A DNA stretch of 64,000 nt from contig MU053810.1 of the NCBI GenBank assembly GCA_013239625.1, forward strand, positions 2,119,518 to 2,183,517. The letters run 5' to 3'. Origin of the DNA: Lama guanicoe (lineage: Eukaryota). Below, in pieces: positions 39,246 to 52,701 of this stretch. The notes under the pieces were generated by a model. That model was not told the DNA's origin and searched no databases. It saw only the letters and a program-made list of their open reading frames with translations. A program made the translations under genes and the position numbers. The first letter of the stretch is position 1, and each line of letters begins with the position of its first letter.

Positions 39246-41956
39246 GAAGGTCCAAATGCAGCCTCCATTTCATGTTTGTCCAGAGTGTCAAATCTGTTCT
39301 TTATTGTCGCCAATAAAGATTTGAATTCTCTCACCTGAAACTAACACAATATTTTAAATCAACTATGGTTAAATTTTTTTTTAAGTTTTTCATTCTACCA
39401 AAATCTATCATTGAATTTCTTATCACCATGTTCACTTTCCCCCTTGGATGGTACTTTCACCTCATTTTATTGTCTTTTCATCTCAGATCGTTCTCCCCTT
39501 ATCCTCTTTCTACTCTCGTTTCCTAAGGCGTGTTTCCTACCTTCATGCAGAGTGTCCCACGTACTGGGTACTGGCATTCATTTATTAAATCCTCACCCCA
39601 CCCTTGTTGTGTTGGACGGTCTGCACTCAACTGGGCTCCAAACACTCGCTCCCCAGGCTGGAACTAGTCATCCGGAGACCCCTTCCTTGTGTCATTCTGG
39701 GTTGGACTTGGCCGATAAGAAGAAGGTGTATTAGATATTGAAAATGGAAATGAAATGGATGCCTGCCTTCTCCATGTATAGTCAGACAAGCTGGGCAAAG
39801 GATCCCCAGTGATGCTGCCGCAAGCTTGTCACATTTAGACAACAGTGATTTGAGTGAGATTCCTCAACAGGTAAGTTAATAAACTAGAGACAAGCAAAAC
39901 CTCTACCATGATGGTCTTTATGGCAAAATCTAAGCACTTGGAGATGCAAAGATTGAGAGCTGAGGGATGGCAGCCAGGATGGAAGCCACAGACAGATACC
40001 TGGGGGGCTCAGGGCAGCATGAGCAGACAGACAAAGAAATCAAACCGAACTGACCCCAAACTCATCCATTCCCGTTGCTGCTCTGGTGATGGTTAAAATG
40101 ATTCTTGGTGAGAAGAAACTACACAGAGTAAGTCTGCAGGACAGAAGTGAAGAGCGTAGCCTGTATTTAGTTATGCTCTCAAAACACCAGTTTAGTCATT
40201 CCCAAGAAATTCTTTCATCATAAATTCTCACAGAAGAGAAGCCTCCAAGCCATCATCAAATAGGCACAGGGACTCAAAATTCTGTCTTAATAAGGTTTAT
40301 CTCTGTTTGGGCATGCTGCATGTACAAAAGGGAAAGAAAACTAAATCATTAAAGCGTAAATACTATTTTTAAAAGAAAATATAAACCTTTTAAATATGAG
40401 TAAATGCAGAATCTGACATTTATCAGAAAACAAAAAAAATTTTTTTTCAATTTTCTAAACGATGGTGTAAAAGATACAGCTGTATCTAACAGTTTGTCTT
40501 TAGTGGTAGTATTTCCATTGCTTATAAAAGCATTTTAGGGTTGGTAGAAGTTTTCTTACTCACGATTTAACTTCTTCTTATTCATGATTTAATTTTATCA
40601 CCACCACAATCTTCTAAAGAGAGCAACATAGATGTTACTAACTATTCTGCCTTAGAGATGAACAAAACACTAATATACCCATTTCAATGCTAAATTCTAA
40701 AAGCACTGTTATTGTAAGTCATATCAGAGAATCACAGAGTCATAAATGTTTTCCCAGTATCATTTTACTGATTTATCTTTAAGCTTTTCCACTTTCTGAT
40801 GGAACAGAAATTTGGTCTCCTGATAAGTTTTTATTAATGTTAACAAAGTACATTTATCATTCTTGAAAAGAACATTAAGTCTCTGGTTTCCCCTGCTGAA
40901 TACTTCTTTCTAATACACACTGAATTGATTACCAATATGGTGTTTTGGGAAAGTTTACCACTCCAATTTCATCACCAGTCTACGCAGACAACATTATTTA
41001 TAAAACTTAAAACGGCAGTTTAAAATTTGTTTGACTTTAGAAGTATCGGACTTCACGTCTCTGATAAGATTGATGAAAATTAATAATGTTACTGGGGTTT
41101 TCATTTCAAGCCCATCTTTAGGGAAAGTCACAGGACAGAATATCTCAGCTCCTCTAATGACATTAGAAAAATTTGGCAGGGGTACATCCCTTAAGATACC
41201 AAAAAAAAAAAAATCAACCAAAAAACAAAAAACAAAAACCTTAGATTGGCTGTTTTTAATCATTTTTTGATTACAGTATCAACAAGATAGGTAGCTAAAT
41301 GGGTTCAGGAACCTTTTGAATACGCCCTTCTGACCTAAATGCTGCTTAATATAAATTTCATATTGATTTGGCCTTTTCATAAATCTAAGCTCATTTCATT
41401 GTTTTGAATTAACTATGATGTCACCCTAAACTCTTAAATCACCCTTTAAAACTGGAGGAGGACCAGAAAGAACAAATATTTTCTGGGTGGGCTCTTGTAC
41501 AGGGCCCTTCACATATCGTATCTCTTTTAAAACTTGCAAGAGCCCCGCAAGGTAGATAGCATTGCCCCAGTTTTACATGTGAAAAAGCCCAATTTTGGAG
41601 ATCTCTGTCCCTGGTCCAAGGTCATCCAGGCAACATGAAGCAGAGTAAGCATTTTAACCTCAATTCCTTTTCTATCATATGTGACAGGCAAGATATTATG
41701 AGAAATCTTTTTTTTTTTTTTCCTATTTCACGATCTTTGAATCCAGGGCTGAAAGAAGAGGCTACTGACTTCAGAATACGCTTCCCCTCGGAACGCTCAG
41801 TTATTCCGGGGTGAAAATTCAGCGGGCCAGTCACAAAGAATCCTCCCTTCATGCCCCGCTTATTCACATCTCCAAAGGCATAAGGGACAGTAAGGTTCTG
41901 AAAGAAAAATTGTTCCACTTGGCCTATAGATGAATGTTCTAATAAAAAGCCTGAAC

Positions 41957-42135
41957 GCAGATAAACAGCAAGGTCCTACAGTAGAGCACAGGGAACTGTA
42001 TTCAATAGCTTGTAATAAGCTGTAATGAAAAAGAATATGAAAAGGAATGTATGTATCTGTATAACTGTAACACTATGCTGGACACCAGAAATTAACACAT
42101 TATAAACACCATCTTCAATTTAAAAAAAATTTTTT
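41957..42135 (+). mobile_element. 5'-truncated L1 3'UTR
   Basis: GATAAACAGCAAGGTCCTACAGTAGAGCACAGGGAACT...CACCAGAAATTAACAC...; A-rich tail. Confidence 0.85.
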
Positions 42136-44469
42136 AAAGACAATCAACTAACTTAATAAAGATAATGCAATAAAGAAAACAAAAAGTTTGACCAGAAAGG
42201 AGGGAGAAATAAAAAGCTTTGAACTGCAATTGTCCCAAGCTCTTGGTTCTCTAACAGGTATCAGAAAGCTGAATTGGTTTTGATGGAAACATAAAAGCTA
42301 AGCAGAGATGCTGATGTGCACTGTTTCTAGGTAAATCAGATGCACACGGGACAACATGTTTTATTTTAAATTAAATGAAGTCATTTATAGGCACAGTGCA
42401 AAGTGACACCCCACATTATGAAAAGGTAATTCTATTAGTTAAATTCTCTGCGAGTGACTCTCATCACCCTTGAGTCTTACGGGAGACACGGTTTTGTCTT
42501 TCACGGGGATGCTGCAGCCACACCTACTGAACTAAGAGACCTACTTGCTTTCCGGTGGTTTTCCAGACCCACGTTTAAATTTCATATTGTAGGGACAACA
42601 AATGTATTATTCTAAGTGACTTGACTCTCAGGGAATATCAACGACTTCACAGATAGGATACAAATATCACTCTCACTTTAAACCTGAGTAAATAGTCTTA
42701 AACACTTTCTAAATCCTATTATGTGTACAAACTTTGCATGTAAAGGTTGAGCCAAGGAGGCAGAGGCGTGTAAGTAAATACATTCATCTCCCATAAGTAC
42801 ACAGTATTGAATGGAGGAGAAAAGGGCTTTATACACTATTCCCCCAATCCCTCAATCAAAGACCTTTGAAAAGAAAAGGCAGAGTTAAAATAATATCCTC
42901 GGTTCTATGATAAGGAACTTCCGTATTTGAATTTCATTGAATTACAGAGTTAGAAAAGGCCTCCCGAGGACCCGGGTAATGCCAGCCTCCTCCCCGGACC
43001 ACCGGGACCACCCTTTAAACCCACAGTGTTAATGGGAATTCAAAGTTTCTTCAGCTCCAAACAGTGGGAGCTCAGTGTCTCGGTGTTTCTTTCCTGCAGT
43101 ACACTGCATCCGCGGATCTGAATTCTGGTGAGAACCTATTCTGCCCTACATTTTTTAAATTCCATTTAAAATCTTGACCAATAACCAGTGACCTTTATGA
43201 GGGAGGCAGCAGGCTATAACAGAAAGAGTGGACTTGGGAGTTTGATTCTTTGGTCTCTTTTTTTTTTTTTATACAAAATGGGAATCAGTGCATGGATTCT
43301 GTGAGCACTGGAAATGCTCAGAGTCTTGGCACGGTTCCTCGTGTGTGGCCGTGCTCGCTAAGTGGTAGTTATTACGACTGCGACAGTCATTCTGCCAGCA
43401 AAAGTTCTTATAAAGCATCCTGTTAAAACGGACTTGCTGGTAATTACAGACATGTGACTTTTTCATCTCTTATCAATCTTAAATCATCCTAGAAAAGCAC
43501 TTTTGGTTTTGGCATGTGTTTATACATTCGGATTAAAATGTAAAACCTCACTCAGTTTTCATCAAGCATCGATCTATTACAATTTAGCATCAGGGAGCTG
43601 TCGCCATCCTGCGAAAGGACGCTGCACGGCGGGGGCGCTGCGGCCGCAGAGGCGGCAAGTCACCGTTCAGGGGTGCGACAGCGCCCGCGTGCCGTGACGT
43701 TTCAGGACCTTTTCCAAGAAAGGGACTTTCTAGACCCAACCAAGGTGAACTGTTTATCTTAACTGATTCTAACCCATAAAGAACAGTTCCTATGTTCCTT
43801 CTAGAAAGCAAGTAAGTCATGACAGGGAGACAAATAAGCTTCTGCTGAAATTTCAGGAAGAAACTATCCTTCCAGGTCCCCAAGACGGCAGCAGTAATTG
43901 AGCCAACTCATGAAAGTTTTGATGTACTTGCTTCCTTGTAACCAGAGCAGAAATGTGTTTTCCACAGGCCTGTCTCCTCTCCCTTGGCTTCTGCAGCTAA
44001 GGCAGCCATTAGGCATCTATTGCTCGCCTGCTCCTCTTGGGTCGGACATGTGGCCACACACATCCCAAAGGAAGCCACAGTGGGCTGCAAGCTCGCTAGC
44101 GCTGGTGGGCCATTCTCCCCTGGCCACTGATTTCCAGCGCTCTTCCTCCCAGTTCTTCTCAGAGTCCAGACTGGACACCCTGGGAGCATCACCATCAAGT
44201 CAAGGAGGCTCTAGGATATGCTTACAACCCAGTGCTCAGGTCTGCAGGTGCCTGACATTCTAAAGGCCTTCCACAAGGTTCTAATGACCATTGACAATAA
44301 CTCAGACATGCTTCTGCCCAAACACTGAGAGAGAAGAATAAAAGAAACTTTATATAAAGTCCTTTGTGAATAGGAGTGTTGCCATATTTAAACTCCAACA
44401 ACATACCCATTAGCCCTGACGTGGGTTAACTACAATTTTGCAGAAAATCATGAGGAATGGCTTCCTTAC

Positions 44470-44580
44470 ATTACTCTGGTGCTTGGTGACCTCCGTGGCG
44501 TGTCTGACCTCGGGGGGCTCCTTCATGTGGGCGTAATCTGAGACCCCTTTGGCAGCGTCGTGTTTCTGCCTGTAGGCAAT
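44470..44580 (-). CDS. NEBL: NEBL exon 5 (111 nt): IAYRQKHDAAKGVSDYAHMKEPPEVRHATEVTKHQSN
   Basis: AAG acceptor, GTAAGG donor, nebulin module. Confidence 0.95.
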
Positions 44581-45194
44581 CTTTAAAAAAACACAAATAA
44601 TTGTTAGTTTCATTTACAGGTGTGTGAAATTCTTACCACTTAAATTTCAGTGTCTTGCTAGGATTTTATATATTTGAATACCACCAGTGATGGTCAACTT
44701 TGCCTGGGCCTCCATAACAAGATTACATACAGAAGTTCATCTTTGTGCTTCCCTTTAAACTCCTAATTCTAACTCTTGGTCATTTTATGTGAAAAGTCTC
44801 TGCCCACACGCTGAAATCCCCACTTGTGTTTATCCAGCTTAAACCTCAACTATGGTTTTGGGAAATCTTGCACAGTCCAAGAGGTTTTAGGGTCACAAAT
44901 GTTCACAGTTTAAATCTTGGGAAAGCAAATGACAAAACTGAGAAAGTGATTGGATATTTAAAAGTGAATTGTTCATTGTTTAATTGATCACTACGACTTT
45001 ATGGAGGCACAGTTATAATATAAAGCTTATCAATAGCCCTAACTTTTGGATGTAACAAAATTCTCAGGCATGTCAAGCCTTGTTCTGTGTTAGAGAAAGG
45101 CGCAGTGCCACCCACTGTCACCACCCTGACTCTGTCCCACCCGGGGATGGAGAGGAGCGATGAGAAGGACTGCTTCAGAAGTGGAAGTAACCAA

Positions 45195-45327
45195 CTAATG
45201 GTGAAAAAGAATATGGAAACGAACATCTGTATATTCCTATATGACAGAAGCATTGTGCTGTACACCAGAAACTGACACTACATTGTAAACTGATTAAATG
45301 TCAATAAAAATATATTTTAAAAAAAGG
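45195..45327 (+). mobile_element. Short L1 tail with 18-bp TSD
   Basis: TGTACACCAGAAACTGACACTACATTGTAAACTGA..AATAAA; AGAAGTGGAAGTAACCAA at 45177-45194 and 45328-45345. Confidence 0.9.
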
Positions 45328-45489
45328 AGAAGTGGAAGTAACCAAACTCAACAATGGAGTCAGAAATTAAAGAGGAGCCATAAGACAGCAAATTATCCCC
45401 TTACTCTTAGTCTATTCCCATAGTAGCCTATTTATTCCCTTCCCAAGTTTTAATGCCTTGGTTGAATGTCTGTAGAATTATTTATTTTT

Positions 45490-45965
45490 TTGTCTTCCTT
45501 AATTAGAACATAACTGTCTAGTTCACTATATGCTCAGAACCCAGAATAGTGCCTGACACAAAGGAAACTGCAATAAATATTTGCTCCATTAGTGACTACA
45601 TGAATGAGTGAATAACTAAATGAATGAGAATAAAATAAGAATAACTGAATGAGCTTTCTAAAAGTTAATTTAAAATATATATTAAATGTTTAAATAAGAA
45701 GAAGATAATCAATGAAGTTGGAATTACTTGGCACAGAATAAAGGAAATTAAAAAGAAAAACTAGAACAGTGTTCACCAAAAACAAAACAAGATCTAATTT
45801 TGAATGAAAGAATACAGTTAAACTTAAGGAAAACATTTTTACCAATATGAGCTCCTTGAGAGCTATTTCTATATCTTACACATCTTTTAATATCCTGTGC
45901 CAGTCATAGTGAATGACACAGAACAGAAATGCAATAAATGTTTTGTGAATGAATGAACAGATGAG
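45490..45965 (+). mobile_element. Two L2 3'-end fragments (~45490-45630 and ~45850-45965)
   Basis: GTGCCTGACACA...CAATAAATATTTG...GAATGA and GACACAGAACAG..CAATAAATGTTTTGTGAATGAATGAA tails. Confidence 0.65.
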
Positions 45966-46149
45966 TTTATTAAACTTTCCCATGAATTTGAAGTCCTTAC
46001 AGACTTTAATAAATAGAATTAACCACCCACTTAACTTAGATCATCTGTCTGCCTGAAGGATTAAAGTGATAATTATAAAAATAATTTTTTAAAATAAAAT
46101 CATCCAATCTTACCATAAAAAAGGAAAGCCACCTAGGACAACGACCAAT

Positions 46150-46800
46150 GTATCAATCCCTCCTCTGGCTCCCCCACTGAGTTCTTCTTGAAAATTTCCA
46201 CTGAAGGAGAACTCAACCCGGCCATCAAAGTCTCTAAATTTTGCAAGTTCTGGTGCAAAGTTCCTCCTTTAATGAAACCCAAATCTATGCCCCTATAGCT
46301 GCATCCATTTGGCCGTAAGGAAACAGCCTAGTTCACAGGACAGAATTCCAGACGTGGGAACACAGCTGTCAATGACTTCTGTTCCTCTGGACAGTCTGCC
46401 TGGACCTAGGCACTGACCCCCTATACTCTCTAAACGCTCCCCAAAGTACAAATTCCAACTCTTCCTTCCACCTCCTTCTTAAGGTGTCCACAATATTTCA
46501 GATACAGCCTGACCCATCCTAATTAGAACCGTTCAGTTTAACAGGTTATCGTCTCTCCTGTGCTGCGTACTATTAATGCATCCACAGATCACACCATTTT
46601 CCTTCTGATTACTATGTTGAGATTTCTGTCAACCAATGCCCTTAAGTCATGTTCAGTCCTGCTCAGCCCTGTTTCCACATCTGGCTAATTATTACGACTT
46701 CAAGGCAGCATCTCCCATGATTCCAGGGACCATTCATCTTGCTAGAGTCTGCCCATTGATTTAGTCCATCAGGATATCTAATTCTGATGAAAATATGTTT
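46150..46800 (-). mobile_element. L3/CR1 LINE fragment
   Basis: TCCTTCTTAAGGTGTCCACAATATTTCAGATACAGCCTGACC resembles the antisense CR1 RT C-terminus. Confidence 0.55.
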
Positions 46801-49142
46801 TAAATTTTCACCAATTAATTATGTTAAACAAGAAACCCATTAAGAGCCTCCATTCAGGCTGAGAAAGCCCATTATCTCGGTTCCATTACACTCCACATTA
46901 TAACTTGGTGGGGGGAGGAAGAATTTAATGGTGGCCAAGACTCCTCTGCCAAGAAAAAAACTTCTATGAGATTTGTTATAAGTAAAAAGAACTAGCGTGT
47001 GCCTGTCACCTTTTTGCTGGATGCCTGGTTCATTTTGTATTTTCGAACTATGGTACTTGTGACCTTATAAGCATAACTAGTGCAGCTGATCATTTTGTGG
47101 GTTATCACAGAAGCGGTGAGTCATCGAGCACAATTTTAAAAGGCACTTTTTTTCTTAAAAAGGCGATGTAATTCTCTGCTTGCGGCATTAAAATAGTCAT
47201 TTCATTTATAGCTGCTACTAAGCACCACTTTAGAATTAAGATTACATCAAATTGGAGGCAGCTGAACTTTAATTTATCGGATTAATGTTCATCCTGAAAA
47301 TAGCTAATGGAAATTTATGGCAAGCTAATCAATTATCTGATAAATTTGGTATCTTGGGATTCCTCACTATTGTGCAGCATTTCCCTAGATTAATACTGTT
47401 TTCTTCACACCCTGTGAATTAAGGATGCCAGGGCACTGACGTTGGAAGATACTTGCAACAGTCTTGTATAAATTATATATAAATGTTTATGCAAGTAACA
47501 TATATATTTATCTTATATGGCTGATCTTATATATCTCACATACATATGTAAGATGTACATATATTTCTGATTGACAGTATATTTCATAACTACTATATAG
47601 GTACATGTGCTTTTAATCCCATAAGACAGATCCTCTGAAGCTCCTGAAACTGGACCTTGTGGCCACTACAGATAAAAACATAAGCTCTCATAAATCTCCT
47701 CAGTTCAGATGCCTGAGTAGCCTGTATCACTTGTGGGAGAAGGGATTATTTAGCCTCTGCATGAAACAGCCCTGGTATGAAGGGCCTCACTCCTTTATGG
47801 CACAGCTCATCCATTTCCAGAAGCTTCCAGAAGCTTTCCTTGTGATCTTTGTTTTTAAAATTTTTAATGGGGGATATCTACGAATGCCCTCCTAAAATCT
47901 ACACGTCTGTCTGTCTGTCTGTCTCTCTTTTTTTAAAAGGCGTTTTTTTCCTATTGGTCATTTTCCACATGGAGTATTAACCTAAGCTAACTTCACCTCA
48001 TCACTCAAGTTCAAATGTAAGCTTCTGAGAATGTTGGCAAATTGATTTTAAGATAATATTTTGTTCCAATGTGAAAAGTTTAGGATGCTTTTCATTAGAA
48101 CCTGGAATGTGGTTAATTTCAGAATTTGTCTAATACTCTAATTCAGGCTGCCCCAAATCTAATACTATTTGGACACAGTAAAAGGTTAGTTCTTTAATTA
48201 TCACAGATGCTGTCAAATAGTCCTGGTATCTTGCCTGTCTTATTACCAGATAAGCTCTGAGAATTGCAATTTTAACAAAAATAAAATTGATTTATGTAAA
48301 TCTAAAGGAACGTTATTACAATTACATAAATCTTTGAAACAGGCACCTTCTTTGGAATCCAGGTCTTTCCTTTCTAATAAGTTCAATGACTACTTACCAC
48401 ACCAGGCAGAGCAGCCCCTTGGGAACACCTATATCTCTTTCCTGGGGTGCACATTCTACCGTGCTATGATGCATGTTAACAATGTGAGTGCAACCTATTC
48501 TGGAAAAAAAAGAGATAGATTCCAAGATACACAATATGGATTCTTTTTCATGTCAAGTTCTACGCGCACATATTTGTGTACTATAGATGCGCTTATGCCA
48601 TAAAAATGTGGAAAAAAGTTGCGTGATTCCAAAGCAACAGAGGTTGTAAACATCTGAAAATGTTACCTTCCCAACCAAGTATAAAAACAAAGACTGTTTC
48701 TTTCCTGCATTGCATAATTGCTGCTTATTGTTCTCATTGTTGCACAAATGTTGTCAAACAAGTGTTGTGCTGTCATTATTTGCTTTATAAAGTAGTCCAT
48801 GTTATCAGCAAATGGCTGGATGACCAGCATTTGGCAGGGGAAAAAGGGGGCATATTAGTCATGATCAGCCATGCAGAACCCTGACATGTATTTTTAGCCT
48901 CATGTTGCACAGCTGAGATTAGCTTACTGCTAAGCTGGGTACACAGTGGACATTTAAATTTGTGATAATGAAGTACTTAAAGATGTTCTGCAAAGGATAG
49001 CTATACTTGGCATTGCTCAAGAGTAATCTATTTTCAGGCTATTTTAAAATTATCTAGGTATCTTCTACTTAAAAGTAAAAAGATTCTGGAGAAAGAAGTA
49101 AACCTGTTAAATAAGAAAAAGAGGGGTAGAAATAGTAAGAAA

Positions 49143-49394
49143 GAGGTAGTATAGTGTATAGTTAACGATCCAGAGTCTGGAGCCAGTCTATCCATGTTTA
49201 TGTGCTGGCTCTGCCATTTATTAGCTGTGTGAACTTGGGCAAGTTACTTAACCTCTCTGTGCTTCAGTTTCCACATCTCCAAAGTGAGACTATCTCATGG
49301 AGTTGTGAGGATTAAATGATATAAGTATATGGGAAATGCACAGAACAGAACCTGACACAAAGTTAAGCATTTCTGTGTGTTTACTATTATTATT
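49143..49394 (+). mobile_element. Near full-length MIR SINE
   Basis: GGCTCTGCCATTTATTAGCTGTGTGAACTTGGGCAAGTTACTTAACCTCTCTGTGCTTCAGTTTCCACATCT...GTTGTGAGGATTAAATGA...TATTATTATT. Confidence 0.9.
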
Positions 49395-50331
49395 AACCAA
49401 AAATGTAGCCTGAAAAATATAAACCAGGTACAAGGAAATATGTCCTTAAAAAGGAAATCAATAAATTGAACAAAAATCCATTGTACAAGTATTTACTGAA
49501 TACTCTCTGTGCTCCACAGGCTGTTCTAAGCATAAGGTGGGGCAGGGAACAAGACAGGAGATCCCTGCTCTCCTAGGGACTAATAAAGTAACAACACAAA
49601 AATTCAGATTGTGCTATGAAGAAGACAAAGCAATGAGTGAGAAAAGATGCGAAAAGATTCTATTTTAAAATTCTGTTTTAAGAAATAGATTAAATGCACT
49701 AAGGATTTCTTCTGTGTTGCTGTACTATAAAGGGAAAATTACTCCTAAACTCTTGTAGATTCAAAATGAGTTTACATGATGACAGTTCTCAAGCGCATCT
49801 GCAACTTGCAACAGCTAAAATGGCCATTTCCACCTGATGGAGGCTTTTTTTGGTAGCCTGAGATATTCTAAATGAAAAACACCATCCACGGAAAAGAAAT
49901 TCAGGAACCATTTGTCTAGCTGATGGAGCCCAGATCTGCAGATCCTAAATTTAACCATTAAGTCTTTATGTGACTTTTAATAAGCTACTGGAATGTTCTC
50001 CACTTAGAGATCACAAGTTAAATCAAGGACTAGTTTAATGTTTGCTGTAAGGTTGTAATGAAAGTAAACTGCCTAAATAAGATTAAAAATTGCTTTATTA
50101 ACGGTGGCAAATGGGACTAGGAAAAAACATGATGTAACTAACACAGTTGCAGGTCCTCTTCATTATCCGTGACTCCACCAGTGGCTGCTGACAACACAGG
50201 AATCAGCTGCTTCCAACTTTTCACTCCGTATTTAACATCTAAGTTAAACAGTTCTTTTAAAAGTACTCAATAATTTGTATTAGGTGTATGTTTGATGTAC
50301 ACAATCATATAATAATTTAGGGAAACCACAC

Positions 50332-50442
50332 CTCACTCTGCAGCTGCGTAACTTCTCTTGCAAAGACACTGTCAATTGTGGCTGGCATCTGCTTATAAAG
50401 AGAATTGGAAAGGTCCGCCTTAATGGTGCCCTTGTATTTTGC
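50332..50442 (-). CDS. NEBL: NEBL exon 4 (111 nt): AKYKGTIKADLSNSLYKQMPATIDSVFAREVTQLQSE
   Basis: Long pyrimidine tract with CAG acceptor, GAG|GTGTGG donor. Confidence 0.94.
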
Positions 50443-50679
50443 CTGGTGGAGGGGGAAAGAAAAGAAAAAAAATAAATATTTCTTGTTTCTTCTTTTACTG
50501 TGACTATTGAAAGAGAATAAAGAATACTTTCTTCAGAAAGAGAATGAATTTAAAAATATGAAGGCCATTTTAATCTTAGACACTGAAGCTGATAAAAATA
50601 TCTGAAGAAAGATAAATAAATCCAATTTATCACCGCAAAACCTTTTCAAAAGAAACATGCAAGAAAATAACGACTGGGA

Positions 50680-51005
50680 ACAGGTGGTTGGGGGATGGGC
50701 AAAACGGGTGAAGGGAGCCAAGAGGCACAGACTTGCAGCTATGAAAAAAATACATGGGGACAAATGTCCAGCACGGTGCCTACAGCTGATAATACTGTAC
50801 TGCATATCTGAAAGTTGCCAAGAGTAAACCTTCAAAGTACTCATCACAAGGAAAAAAGAAAAAAATGTGTGACTTTGTACAGTGACAGATGGTAACCAGA
50901 CTTACCATGGTGCCCATGTCACAGTGCATACAAATATCAAATCATATACACTGTACACCGGAAATGAATATAATACTGTATGTCCATTATACTCCAAACT
51001 AAAAT
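50680..51005 (+). mobile_element. L1MA9-like 3' end
   Basis: GGGTGAAGGG...AATACTGTACTGCATATCTGAAAGTTGCCAAGAGTA...CTCATCACAAG...GATGGTAAC...TACAAATATCAAATCAT. Confidence 0.75.
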
Positions 51006-52219
51006 ATTTAATTAAATCAATTTGGTTTAAAAAGAAAGACTATTTTTTCTATTTAAACCCACGCACATTTCTAAAAGTAAATCTGTGTGTATTGACAGTT
51101 TCATATGTTTGATCAGCAAGGGAGAATCTGAGAATAATGAGACAATTGAGTTATTCCAGAAAATACAAGTCATTAGAATTTATAGTCTAGAACCCGAATG
51201 CAAAGGACAGAGTTCCTTTATTCAAGTCTTCTGAACTCCTTCCACCACAACGGCAGGGTGAGGGGGGGGCTTTTTTGCAACTTCCCACGTCCAATCTGCA
51301 CTGCCTCTAATTGACCTCAATCATTACTCATAAAGAGAAACACTCATTCACTATTTCCTCCTGGGAAGATCAGGTTCAAAGGAACATAACAGACTGCCCT
51401 CTTTTTTTTTTTTTTTACTCTGCAGCTGACTCCTTCAGGAGAAGGAATCAATTAATAATTAAAAACACCAAGCATTTCTTTGCACAGGAGAAATAATAAC
51501 AAACACAAATAAACAAAACCATGTTTTTCCTCACTCTGTCAACAAGCCCCTGAGATTACTCCCACTTGGGGCTGGATCTGGGTGTTGATTTATTGAGTAC
51601 ACAGTCTCTGTTAAGACTTGTGCTCCCACAACCCTTTGGATTTTGGTACCTGAAAGAAAATTTACCAATTTCCCTCAGAATGCTTTCATGTTGGCAGAAA
51701 TAATCCTGAGAAAAATCACACTGATCTTTTTCCAACATAACTTAACAAAACACTAGAGGTCAGTCACTGACAACACTATTTAATTCATCTTCTTTTCAAG
51801 TTTATCTCTTCAAAGTGATCGATTCATGGACTCCAGCAATGCCTCATCACAGAAATCACGGTTAACACTGTGCTTTATCACACAACATATATTGCAGTTT
51901 TAAATGCTCTTAGAAAGAGGCTGTATGATTTTTCAGCTGGAAAATGAGTGTAGTGCCTTTCCCACTCTGTAGTTTCATAATAGGTATTGCTGTTGAACTG
52001 ATCCTACTTAAAAATAGTTTAAAGTGATTTAAAGTTTCTTACCAAAGATACCACATTTTATGGAGTCTGCTGGTAAGTTGTATTTATTTTCAAAATGATA
52101 TTCAAACTTTTATGTCTACTAAATGTGTTAAGAAATAAATAATGGGAATTCTAAAACGTGTTACCAGTACTTTCTACTTACTGAATAAAAATATCCCTTT
52201 TTAAGAGTAACTTGATGTA

Positions 52220-52341
52220 GGGGGAGGGTGTAGCTCAGTGGTAGAGTACATGCCTAGCCTGCACAAGGTCCTGGGTTCAAAACCCAGCACCTCCATCAAA
52301 AATAAGTAAATAAACCTAATTACCCCCCCTTATTAAAAAAA
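52220..52341 (+). mobile_element. tRNA-derived SINE, camelid Vic-1 type
   Basis: GGGGAGGGTGTAGCTCAGTGGTAGAG...GGTCCTGGGTTCAAAACCCAG; A tail; 17-bp TSD AAGAGTAACTT(G/T)ATGTA (52203-52219 and 52342-52358). Confidence 0.85.
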
Positions 52342-52596
52342 AAGAGTAACTTTATGTAAATAAGAAAAGATTAGAGTCAAAATAAACATTTAATAAAACA
52401 TATCAACCACAGATAATAAAATGTATCAGTTTACATGAGTTACTGACATAGTGCATAGAATTACCTAATTATACAGATATTACCAACATTCAGTGGTGTT
52501 ATCAAAAATATTACTCTTCAACTTTAATGCACAGACTTTTATCTACATAAATAGAAAAAGAAAATGCAAGCCATTTTGCAAGTTTTGTCACCTTAC

Positions 52597-52701
52597 CTCA
52601 GAAATAAAAGCGCCAATATGTTTTACATGGTTTAGCATAGGCGTGTCAGTCACAAATGTACACTTGCCCTTAGACTTTTTATACTCTTCTTTGTAATGGA
52701 T
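52597..52701 (-). CDS. NEBL: NEBL exon 3 (105 nt): IHYKEEYKKSKGKCTFVTDTPMLNHVKHIGAFISE
   Basis: TAG acceptor, GAG|GTAAGG donor, nebulin module. Confidence 0.95.

Noticed and set aside
51588..51665. Possible alternative terminal exon in intron 3 (TTTTCTTTCAG acceptor, early stop, AATAAA)
   Set aside because: Such motifs are common by chance in AT-rich introns; no nebulin-like peptide and no transcript evidence
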